Assembly: GCA_043801585.1 (NCBI GenBank)
Contig: JAZDLX010000141.1
Location: 1-26,570 of the forward strand
Reading direction: 5' to 3'
DNA: 26,570 nt
DNA from: a bacterium
GTDB lineage: Bacteria > Electryoneota > Electryoneia > Electryoneales > Electryoneaceae
The translations under genes were made by a program, and so were the position numbers. The notes under the pieces are model-generated. The model was not told the DNA's origin, did not search any database, and saw nothing but the letters and a program-made list of their open reading frames with translations. Positions 9,148 to 17,465 of the stretch are shown here, piece by piece (within the stretch, counting starts at the first letter, position 1; every line of letters starts with the position of its first letter).

Positions 9148-9187
9148 CTTCATTCGGTCCTGATCTGCGGGTCGGAACCGAACGAAG
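9148..9187 (+). promoter_or_regulatory. Intergenic stem-loop without U-tract, overlapping the start of the next RBS
   Basis: CTTC-a-TTCGGT-c-CTGATC-tgcg-GGTCGG-a-ACCGAA-c-GAAG, whose 3' GAAG is the start of the GAAGGAGG RBS before ATG 9200. Confidence 0.55.
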
Positions 9188-9199
9188 GAGGTCAAAGAC

Positions 9200-12100
9200 A
9201 TGTCAATGGTCAGACGTTCTTTCTGGATGGTCGCTCTTCTGATAATGGCGTTTGCTGCCGTGTCCCAGGCTCAAGTGGTCCCGGACAGCGCTGTCTACGA
9301 TGAAGCGACCAATGTGTTGTCCATCTATTTCAGCGGCACTGTCCGTACGACGGCCTCCATGGTCCCGGTCGGTCAGCTTGTCCTGGATGATGACAACGGA
9401 GGGATCCGGGATGATTACACACTCCTGGGCGGAACCGTCATGAACACCGCGTCGACAGGCGCGGTTGTTCAGATCCGACTCTATTTTGGCAACTTGATCA
9501 GTTCAGCAACCTACACCGATGTTAACGGCGAAGATCAGACGTACGATATATGGGGCAATGATATTTCTGCCCTGCTGGAGATTGAAAACGTACTGTCGCA
9601 TTCTTCGCTTTCACTGATCGTTCCCACTGGGGTGTTTGTTACCCCAACGAACCAGGCTGTGACAGGCGCTACGGTTCCTGTGAGCTATGTAGTGGATACA
9701 TCGCCGGTAACATTTGTCAGCGCTCAGTACAACGCGGACACTAACATCCTCAAGTTTACCTTCTCTGATAAGATTCAGTTTGACGAGGTGGCGGAGGATA
9801 AGGCCAGAAATGACGCCAACGGTTGGCCAGCGCCAGGCGATAGTGTGCTCAATGTTTTACCGCCTGAAGATTTGAACGGCAACGGTGTTCTTGATTTTGA
9901 GAAAAACCTTGTCAAAGCTTCCATTGATCTTACCGTGGGCGGTGAAAGTTTCCAGCCGTCAAGCTCCATCATTGCATCATTACGGGATACCACAGTCATC
10001 GACGTTCTGCTCACCTATGCGGAGCAGCAGATCTTCGAGAACATGAACCTGGCAAGTGGGATCACGGTTACGTTCCCGGTCAACACATTCCTGGATCAGG
10101 ATTACAACAGTGTGGTTCCGGTGGCCGATATGGCCGTAACCTACGTGCCTGATGCAACCCCGCTTCAGATGACCGCGGCGACCTACGACATGGGCACAAA
10201 CCAGCTCGTAGCGACATTTAACGCAACATTGGGTGCGAATGCAGCCACCCTCTCCCGTGCATCCAGGTTTACCTTCGAGCTGATCGATGCAAGCAGCAAC
10301 ATTCTCGATTCCTACACGTTGGAAATCGCTCAGCAGATAGCACGCGCGAATGGAAACCTGGCGTTGTCCGTCCTGCTGCTCCCCTCGGATGCTATGCATG
10401 TCGAGGACATGATCGACAGCCTTGACCTTGAGGTTGGCGAGTCGATTCAGATTTCAGCCGAACCATTTGTTACGCTGGATGAAGCTGGGAACGGCAATGT
10501 GGCTGGAATCCAGCCGGTTACAATCGGTCCTGAAACGGCGACATTAAAGGCCCCAGAGCTCTCGACGACGGATGTGGTTGAGTATGATGCTGCAACCAAC
10601 ACCCTGACCGTGCCATTTGATTTGAGCCTTGACGCCGCAATCGATTCGGCCAATTTCACGCTGGTTGCTGGTGACGTTTCGATTTCGCTGGCCGACGCTC
10701 ATCCCAGTCGTGCTCTGTCAAACAAGGGCGTGGCTCTTGAATTGACGGATGAGACAGCCTTAGAGGTCGAATCCGTTACAGACAAGGACGGGATCACATT
10801 GACGGTTGACCCGTACGCTGTTCTTCAGTCTCGATTCAAAAACGGCAACCGTCTGATCGAAGATGCTCCCGTCACGTATGTTGCAGCCACTATGGCTCCA
10901 CTCCTGCAGACCATTTTCTACGACACCGAGAACGGTCTTCTGATCATCGAGTCGAGCAATGCAGAATTCGAGCCCAGCACCCAGATAGATCTCACACAGC
11001 TGACTCTATCTGGCGTTCAACTTGCTGCTCCGGATTCGGCTCATTCTCTGTCTCCGACAGAAGCAGTATTCTACCTTTCAGCAAGCGTTGTCGCGTCGCT
11101 GAATGCGTTGTCGGCTGATGATATGATGGAACCGTCAGCGGTTATGGGTGCAGGTTTGCTTACGAATTCGGATAGTTTGGCGTCGCTTGCAACGACCGGT
11201 GCCGTGATGAACGGCGATGTGCTGACGAATGGGACCGAAACGGCGACATTGTCGCTTGGGTTTGGCCGTCAATTCAGCATTCGCAGCTATGAAGCGTTCC
11301 CAACGCCGGCACGGACGATCTACGCCTTTCTGAAGGCAGAGAGCGATAACGCCTACTGGTATGTTGACAACGTTGCACTCAGCGATGGGCTGTTTGACAG
11401 CACCAGCCTGGCAAACGTCATCAAATTCTTCCAGGATTCCACTCCATATGACACCCTGATGGGAGCCCGCGATGTATTGATGGATATCTATGCGCCAAAC
11501 AAGGCCAGTCTGGTTCCTGACATGGTGAGCTTTGTTGTTACCGATGTTCTGGATGAGTTCGGTCTGGGTCGCAACGATTCAAAAGCTACCCTGTGGAAAT
11601 CAGGGTATATCGTGCCGGACGATGACCTGATCTATCTGGATTGTGATCCCACCACTTTTGGTACATCTGCGGTCACGTCAGCGGGTCTTCGTCACGTTGC
11701 CCAGCTCTTCAGCGAATACCTCAGCTACAAGCTGGATTCCTTCGAGGAGCTTTGGCTCCGAAAGGGACTTGCGTTCTTCAGTGAATTCCTGATTGGCAGC
11801 CGCGATGTGGATGTCGCAGGATTCACAGAGCCCACGTTCGGCGGAGGTGGTGCTGCCACTGGTTTTTCCGGAGCAAACGATCTAACCTTTATCGGCGGCG
11901 ATCTGCGCGACAGGCTTGACTACAAGCACGCATACATGTTCCTGCTCTATCTCTATGAGAAATACGGGGCGGAGGAGATCATTACCCAGATATCCGAGTC
12001 ACGGCGTATCGGAATCAACAGCATTCAAACGGTCCTGAATCTCATGTGGGAACAGGGCGCTTTTGACGATACTGCCGGTCGCAAGACAGATGTCGAGGAT

Positions 12101-13639
12101 CTGTACCTTGACTTTGCAACGGCAATCCTGCTTGACATGAGGTTGGCTACCGACGATCCGGGCAACGGCTTGTACGAGTTTCACAACTTGAATAATGGCT
12201 TCACTGTGGCTCCTGGCATTGCCCTTCTCTGGTCGCCGTCACAGAAGCCTCCCTACAGCTTCACAGGAACAAACTGGGGCTTCATGTTTATCAAAACGGC
12301 CTACAATCCTGGTGGTGGCGTGACCTTGCCCCTGATCAGTTCGACGGACTCGTTGGCGATTAACGTTGGCGAGGATGGAGCTACGATGCGATTCCGCAAG
12401 CTGAATTTTACGGTGGACGAATTCGGCTTCGGGGCTCGGACAGTGTACGACGTGCAGGAACTGGATGCCAAGGACGGCAGCGAGTTGGTTCCAATCAGCC
12501 ATGGCGTTGATTGGACTTTCGGACCCGCAACGAATCCCGACGCAGAAGTCCGCATGACGATCTTTGTGGCGGTCAACGCTGGCGATTTTCTCCTGACCAA
12601 CGATATCGAGGCTGCGGATTATGTGAATCTGTTCGTTGCACAGAACAGTCTTTACAGCCGCAAGTTTGAGGTTTACGTTCTCGCTGATCGTCAGCTGTAC
12701 AGTGCTCCCGGAATAGAAGCTCCGATCCTGACCGTCACCATGGACAGCGATACGGTGGCAACCTTTTCCAATGCTGAGGATTATGTTCTTGGACAGAACA
12801 CGGGGACGGCATATCAGTATTTTACGTCCACATGGCTTAGCGAATCCGGCAGTTACACCTGGTACCTGAGTGGTACGTTCGCAAACGGTCGCTCTATTAG
12901 TGCCGTGGGATCGGTCCCGGTAACCGTGACCAGTGTAGGCAACGGCGAATCCAAGCTGATTGCGATCGATGAAGAGTTCCAGATGCAGATTTCCGGACGT
13001 TCATTCGATCATGAGCAGTACATGACAGTGGTTGCGAATTACATGGGTCCGGATCAAGTGGACAGAGGTTCATTGATGACAAGCAGCAAGGTTGATCGCA
13101 TCCAAGTGAGCCAGATGTTCAGTATTGCAGCCGAGCAGAAAGATCTCAGTGACCCGGCAATGTTGACCTTGGCTTTCGACAAGGAGGTTGCCGGTGACAG
13201 GGATCTTGGTATCTACTACAACTACAAGGGCCAGTGGGTTTATGTTGGCGGCAGCGTGAACCGTGAAAGCGGTACCGTGTCCACCCGCATAGGCAAGCTT
13301 GGCGATTATCGGGTGATGGCCGGACGGCTTGGCGAAACGCCTGCCGAATTGGCTCTGCCAACGGAATTCGCACTGAAGCAGAACTACCCGAACCCGTTCA
13401 ATCCGTCGACGACCATTGAGATAGTGTTGCCGAACGCCAGCAATGTCCATCTCGTGATCTTTGATATTCTGGGTCGCGAAGTGGTGCGCCTCGTGGATAG
13501 CCCGCTGCGTTTCGGAAGCCACAAGGTCGTGTGGGACGGCCGCAATGCTTATGGTCAACCTCTTTCATCGGGCGTTTATTTTGTCCAGATGCGAGCGGAT
13601 GATTTCAGCGGCGTGCGGAAAATGGTTCTGGTGAAGTAA
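9200..13639 (+). CDS. Large secreted multidomain protein: five Ig-like repeats, degenerate Zn-metallopeptidase-like domain, ZU5-like module, T9SS type A/FlgD-like CTD
   Basis: GAAGGAGG RBS and signal peptide ...FAAVSQA|Q. Repeats begin YDEATNVLSIYFS, YNADTNILKFTFS, YDMGTNQLVATFN, YDAATNTLTVPFD and YDTENGLLIIESS. Peptidase-like segment 'VAQLFSEYL...EELWLRKGLAFFSE...DYKHAYMFLLYLYEKYG'. CTD 'LPTEFALKQNYPNPFNPSTTI...SSGVYFVQM...RKMVLVK'. Confidence 0.9.
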   Translation: MSMVRRSFWMVALLIMAFAAVSQAQVVPDSAVYDEATNVLSIYFSGTVRTTASMVPVGQLVLDDDNGGIRDDYTLLGGTVMNTASTGAVVQIRLYFGNLISSATYTDVNGEDQTYDIWGNDISALLEIENVLSHSSLSLIVPTGVFVTPTNQAVTGATVPVSYVVDTSPVTFVSAQYNADTNILKFTFSDKIQFDEVAEDKARNDANGWPAPGDSVLNVLPPEDLNGNGVLDFEKNLVKASIDLTVGGESFQPSSSIIASLRDTTVIDVLLTYAEQQIFENMNLASGITVTFPVNTFLDQDYNSVVPVADMAVTYVPDATPLQMTAATYDMGTNQLVATFNATLGANAATLSRASRFTFELIDASSNILDSYTLEIAQQIARANGNLALSVLLLPSDAMHVEDMIDSLDLEVGESIQISAEPFVTLDEAGNGNVAGIQPVTIGPETATLKAPELSTTDVVEYDAATNTLTVPFDLSLDAAIDSANFTLVAGDVSISLADAHPSRALSNKGVALELTDETALEVESVTDKDGITLTVDPYAVLQSRFKNGNRLIEDAPVTYVAATMAPLLQTIFYDTENGLLIIESSNAEFEPSTQIDLTQLTLSGVQLAAPDSAHSLSPTEAVFYLSASVVASLNALSADDMMEPSAVMGAGLLTNSDSLASLATTGAVMNGDVLTNGTETATLSLGFGRQFSIRSYEAFPTPARTIYAFLKAESDNAYWYVDNVALSDGLFDSTSLANVIKFFQDSTPYDTLMGARDVLMDIYAPNKASLVPDMVSFVVTDVLDEFGLGRNDSKATLWKSGYIVPDDDLIYLDCDPTTFGTSAVTSAGLRHVAQLFSEYLSYKLDSFEELWLRKGLAFFSEFLIGSRDVDVAGFTEPTFGGGGAATGFSGANDLTFIGGDLRDRLDYKHAYMFLLYLYEKYGAEEIITQISESRRIGINSIQTVLNLMWEQGAFDDTAGRKTDVEDLYLDFATAILLDMRLATDDPGNGLYEFHNLNNGFTVAPGIALLWSPSQKPPYSFTGTNWGFMFIKTAYNPGGGVTLPLISSTDSLAINVGEDGATMRFRKLNFTVDEFGFGARTVYDVQELDAKDGSELVPISHGVDWTFGPATNPDAEVRMTIFVAVNAGDFLLTNDIEAADYVNLFVAQNSLYSRKFEVYVLADRQLYSAPGIEAPILTVTMDSDTVATFSNAEDYVLGQNTGTAYQYFTSTWLSESGSYTWYLSGTFANGRSISAVGSVPVTVTSVGNGESKLIAIDEEFQMQISGRSFDHEQYMTVVANYMGPDQVDRGSLMTSSKVDRIQVSQMFSIAAEQKDLSDPAMLTLAFDKEVAGDRDLGIYYNYKGQWVYVGGSVNRESGTVSTRIGKLGDYRVMAGRLGETPAELALPTEFALKQNYPNPFNPSTTIEIVLPNASNVHLVIFDILGREVVRLVDSPLRFGSHKVVWDGRNAYGQPLSSGVYFVQMRADDFSGVRKMVLVK

Positions 13640-13663
13640 GCGTTACCAAGGAGGAAACATACC

Positions 13664-14572
13664 ATGCGTCGGTATCAACGCAGGAAAAACATGAGCCTTC
13701 TCTTGGCGGCGCTTCTCGTGTTCGGCATCAGTGTGGTCGGATGCGATAGAAATGCCGTCAAACCAGAAGATTTTGATTTGACTGAAACAGTCGACTACAT
13801 GATTCAGCAGGGCTGGGTGGAGCTGCAAAACGGTAATCCGGATGTTGCAGTCGGACGGTTTTCTGCGGCTGCCAACGCCGATGCCACGAGCCTTGAGGCT
13901 TATCTCGGATTGGGGTATGCATACGCCTTGATGAATCAACCCTCGGTAGCCATGAACAATTTCGGAAACGTCATTGCTCTGGCTCCGGTGCTGGGTTATG
14001 CTTCTGATGATGTGATTTTTGCCGAGACGTACGCTGGCATGGCAGCCGCATATCTTGCGGCGAGCGACTATACCAATGCCATCAAATATGCCCTGCTCGG
14101 GGAGGTCATCTGGGAGGCAAAACCCGCTTCAGAGCAGGTCCATCGTCATCTGGAAGGCTTCGGCCTGGTGGATCTCCGGTTAATCTGTGCGGAAGCTTAC
14201 TACGGTGACGAGCAGTACGATCAGGCGCTACTCGTGGTAGACTTGGTTGCCCCAGGCTTCATTTCCAGCGCAACCCATATTCTGCCCGTCACTGGTGAAC
14301 TACGGGCCGTAACTCTACTGCAAACAACAGCAACGGACGGAATTGCGAGAGTCTCGTTGAGTCACAGCAATCTGATCTATCCGCAGTCTGCATCCATTGA
14401 TGGTTTGGATTATGCGGTGGTGGATTATACTGTCTCTGGAAGAACGGTCATGGTTCAGGGAACCCCGATTCCCGCAGCGGGAGACAGCGCTACCGTTGAT
14501 TATCTTTATGCGGACGATTTTGGCTTGTTTCTCATTGAACTGCGGGATAAATTGCAGGCACTAACTCAGTAG
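13664..14572 (+). CDS. TPR-containing lipoprotein
   Basis: AAGGAGG RBS, basic n-region, hydrophobic stretch and lipobox 'VVGC'. TPR-like helices 'EAYLGLGYAYALM' and 'ETYAGMAAAYLAASDYTNAIKYA'. Double TAG stop. Confidence 0.85.
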   Translation: MRRYQRRKNMSLLLAALLVFGISVVGCDRNAVKPEDFDLTETVDYMIQQGWVELQNGNPDVAVGRFSAAANADATSLEAYLGLGYAYALMNQPSVAMNNFGNVIALAPVLGYASDDVIFAETYAGMAAAYLAASDYTNAIKYALLGEVIWEAKPASEQVHRHLEGFGLVDLRLICAEAYYGDEQYDQALLVVDLVAPGFISSATHILPVTGELRAVTLLQTTATDGIARVSLSHSNLIYPQSASIDGLDYAVVDYTVSGRTVMVQGTPIPAAGDSATVDYLYADDFGLFLIELRDKLQALTQ

Positions 14573-14591
14573 TAGACCCATAACAAAAAGC

Positions 14592-14631
14592 GCACCTGGA
14601 ACCATCCGCACAGGCGGATGGTTCCAGGTGC
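14592..14631. promoter_or_regulatory. Perfect 18-bp intergenic hairpin (mRNA stability/processing element or antisense terminator)
   Basis: GCACCTGGAACCATCCGC-acag-GCGGATGGTTCCAGGTGC. There is no T-tract 3' on the + strand. It is preceded by A-rich CATAACAAAAAG, which reads as a T-tract on the - strand. Confidence 0.7.
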
Positions 14632-14652
14632 CAGGAAACCATGGAGGATGTT

Positions 14653-16752
14653 ATGATCCGTAAGTTTGTTGCGCTGGGTGTGTCTATCTTGGTGTTTGCC
14701 GGTGTGGCATTTGCCGGTGAGATGCTGGATGTGGTTCCGCTTTCGGGCAAGAACCTTCAGGTTGAGAGGGTTGTGGGCCCCGTTGCGGGTATTAGCCAGT
14801 ATCGTTCAGTGGATGGTGTTCAGACTGAAATTTTCCGTTTGCGCCGCCACACCGGCTCGGCCGAGTATTATCTCGGATCGGGAGCTACGGACGACACATT
14901 CACAGTGTATCTGAAGCCGCTGGCCGCATGTTCCCTTTACTGGGTGCAGGAACAGTGGAACGATGCCGGTACGGTTACGGCCTATCTGTGGGAACCGGGC
15001 GCAGCCTGGTTGGCGGCGTACCCCACTGGACGTGCCACGCTTCCCGATGAGGGTCGTGGACTGGTCGCGGAATCCCCGATCGGCGACGTGATCTTCGGCC
15101 CGTCGAATGCAACATCCACTGGCGATTGGGGCTACCTCTTTGACGAGAGCCAGATGGCATCTGCCGCCGTGTGTCGTCCGAATGCCGAAGCCTTCATGGC
15201 TGGTTGGGTGAAACAGTCGGCTGACCAGCTTCCTCACCCGTTGGCTGACGATGTCAGTGGCCGTGGATTCACCTACACGTGGTTTGGTGGTCCCTGGACA
15301 ACGGCCGCCGAGCCGGATGGTTCGATTTGGGGTATGTACTCCGGCAGCCTCGAGCTCGAGGTTATGCTTGAAGTCGGTGTCAGCTATCCGTGGGGTTCTC
15401 CACCACTTATCGAAGGGTTGAGCCAGATTTCGAACTCGATCAACGGCAACAAGACCAACGACTTCGAGGTTTCGATCCTTGATCCGCTTTCAGGTTGGGA
15501 TGCCAGCGATCACGCCTTTTTCGCTTATGAAGTCTTTACGGGTGGCACAACCTCAGTCGGTGTGGACTCCTTCGAAATCTTTGACGTAGACGCTGACAAC
15601 ATCTTCCTCGGTACAGTACCTGATCTCGACTTGAGCGTAGGCGACGTGGTTGAGTACTGGGTTGGCGCTACCGACAATGATGAAGAATACAACTCTACGG
15701 CCGAGTCGAAGATGTCGTACGAGATTCTGACTGCACCGGATCCCAGCATGCAGATTCTGTGGCTGGATGAAGGTGGTGTCGGTACGATGGATGACTATGG
15801 CCAGTTGGCGATCTCGCTGGATCACCTCGGCTACTACGATGTGACCGAGTACTACTCTGTCTCGGACAACGGCGTAGACAGCTACATTGTTGATGCGAAT
15901 GACTGGGTCTTCATCCTTTACACAGGCTCCAGCGCCAACGGTTTCCCGATGACAGCGGGCGGCGATGATCCGTTTGTAAGTTACGTCGCTGGCGGTGGCA
16001 ACATCATCCTCTCCGCACCCGACTGGGCATGGGGACAGGGCATCAACGGTGACAACCCAACGTACTTCTCGGCTGGCGATCCTGCATTCGATTACTTCGG
16101 CATGGTGGGTATCAACAGCGACCCGATCGAAATTGCTGACTCGACGTATGTTGGTGTCGCTGGCACCATTACGGAGAATTTCGAGTCCGAACCGTACGTG
16201 ATTTACTACGATTGGACCGGCGCGAACACTTGGGGTGACTTTATTTACCCAGACGATTTCGTCAACGGCCCGATCTTCATCGGCAGTGAAGACGCAAGCA
16301 CGTATGGCGTCCAGAACACCACCGCCGGTGGCGGCATGGGCTACTACTTCTCATTCGAGATTGGTGGCGCGTCCAACTCCGACGATGGTACGTACAACGT
16401 GCCAACTCAACAGCTTGATGATTTTATGACTAAAATCCTCAATGATTTTGGTCTTTCTTCGCCTGAGGGCGGAAAGGCTCTGCCTGGTGTATTCACGTTG
16501 AACCAGAACTATCCGAACCCCTTCAACCCGAGCACCCAGATTTCCTTCACGGTGCCTCAGGCTGGCAAGGTGATGGTGAAGGTGTACAACGTCACGGGCC
16601 AGGAAGTTGCTTCGCTGTTCAACGGCACTATGGCGGCGGCCGGTACGAAGACGCTGACGTTTGATGCCAGCAAGCTGGCGAGCGGTGTCTACCTGTATCG
16701 GATGGAAGCCGGTAACTTCGTCCAGACCCGCAAGATGGTTCTGGTGAAGTAA
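14653..16752 (+). CDS. Highly acidic secreted protein with T9SS type A CTD, function unknown
   Basis: GGAGG RBS before ATG 14653 (ATG 14641 is an alternative) and signal peptide MIRKFVALGVSILVFAGVAFA|G. Alpha/beta segment 'ILWLDEGG...FILYTG...YVAGGGNIILSAPD'. CTD 'FTLNQNYPNPFNPSTQISF...LASGVYLYRM...RKMVLVK'. Confidence 0.9.
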   Translation: MIRKFVALGVSILVFAGVAFAGEMLDVVPLSGKNLQVERVVGPVAGISQYRSVDGVQTEIFRLRRHTGSAEYYLGSGATDDTFTVYLKPLAACSLYWVQEQWNDAGTVTAYLWEPGAAWLAAYPTGRATLPDEGRGLVAESPIGDVIFGPSNATSTGDWGYLFDESQMASAAVCRPNAEAFMAGWVKQSADQLPHPLADDVSGRGFTYTWFGGPWTTAAEPDGSIWGMYSGSLELEVMLEVGVSYPWGSPPLIEGLSQISNSINGNKTNDFEVSILDPLSGWDASDHAFFAYEVFTGGTTSVGVDSFEIFDVDADNIFLGTVPDLDLSVGDVVEYWVGATDNDEEYNSTAESKMSYEILTAPDPSMQILWLDEGGVGTMDDYGQLAISLDHLGYYDVTEYYSVSDNGVDSYIVDANDWVFILYTGSSANGFPMTAGGDDPFVSYVAGGGNIILSAPDWAWGQGINGDNPTYFSAGDPAFDYFGMVGINSDPIEIADSTYVGVAGTITENFESEPYVIYYDWTGANTWGDFIYPDDFVNGPIFIGSEDASTYGVQNTTAGGGMGYYFSFEIGGASNSDDGTYNVPTQQLDDFMTKILNDFGLSSPEGGKALPGVFTLNQNYPNPFNPSTQISFTVPQAGKVMVKVYNVTGQEVASLFNGTMAAAGTKTLTFDASKLASGVYLYRMEAGNFVQTRKMVLVK

Positions 16753-16775
16753 TCACTTCATTTAAACGATGAACC

Positions 16776-16810
16776 AGCAGCCGGACACTTCGGTGTCCGG
16801 CTGCTTTTTT
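16776..16810 (+). terminator. Intrinsic terminator of the TBDR-PorV operon
   Basis: 13-bp stem AGCAGCCGGACAC-ttcg-GTGTCCGGCTGCT with a cUUCGg tetraloop, followed by a T-run. Confidence 0.9.
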
Positions 16811-16907
16811 GTTGCTGAAGCGAAAGGGAAAAGCATCAGGTCACCAAGTACATCAGTGCAAGAGGTTTCATTCTGTTGCATTTGCTGGAGGCGAACGTCG
16901 ATCAACG

Positions 16908-16944
16908 AAATGAAAAGCGGACCTTTCACAGAAAGGTCCGCTTT
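16908..16944 (-). terminator. Intrinsic terminator of the TonB-domain gene
   Basis: 14-bp inverted repeat AAAGCGGACCTTTC-aca-GAAAGGTCCGCTTT. On the - strand it ends in TTTTCATTT, about 25 nt after the stop at 16969. Confidence 0.8.
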
Positions 16945-16968
16945 CATTATTCCAACAACACGAAGTCA

Positions 16969-17421
16969 TTAAAAAACGAATCCTAGACGACCGTCAAAAA
17001 CTCGGGATTCATAGTCTCTTTCTTCAAAAATCTCAAGGACCGGTCCCATTGGTACATTGTACGCTACCAGCACTTTCACGGGGATACCGTTGACTTTGGC
17101 TGGTTCGAATTTCCACCGGGCGACAGCGTCGATTGCATTTCGAACAGCCAACCCGCTGGTGCGGTAGAGTACTTTAGCCTGCTCAACCCGTCCCTCTTCG
17201 TTTACGAGAATCTCGAAGGTGATATAACCTTCGATTTCGTGGTGGTTTATCGCCATTCGAACCGGTTTGATCGGATTGATCAACACAGGTGGCGAATAGC
17301 CTTTCACCTGATTCACAGGAATGGCGTTATCAGAACTGGACCGGTATTCCTGATCGGCAAAAGATCCCTGTACAATCAACAGGCCGAAGGCGAGGAGCAT
17401 GAGTATGCGAACGCTTTTCAT
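16969..17421 (-). CDS. Short TonB-family protein (TonB C-terminal domain, ~150 aa)
   Basis: GGAGG RBS before ATG 17421 (MKSVRILMLLAFGLLIVQGSFA...). TonB_C motif 'IEGYITFEILVNEEGRVEQAKVL...AIDAVARWKFEPAKVNGIPVKV'. Confidence 0.85.
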   Translation of the reverse strand: MKSVRILMLLAFGLLIVQGSFADQEYRSSSDNAIPVNQVKGYSPPVLINPIKPVRMAINHHEIEGYITFEILVNEEGRVEQAKVLYRTSGLAVRNAIDAVARWKFEPAKVNGIPVKVLVAYNVPMGPVLEIFEERDYESRVFDGRLGFVF

Positions 17422-17465
17422 GGTGGTTTCCTCCCAAAGAATTCTCCCAGACATGATATGAAAGC

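Noticed and set aside
13664..14572. TPR lipoprotein as a SusD homolog
   Set aside because: It is too short (~300 aa), lacks recognisable SusD motifs and is not adjacent to the TBDR. A remote functional analogy cannot be excluded.
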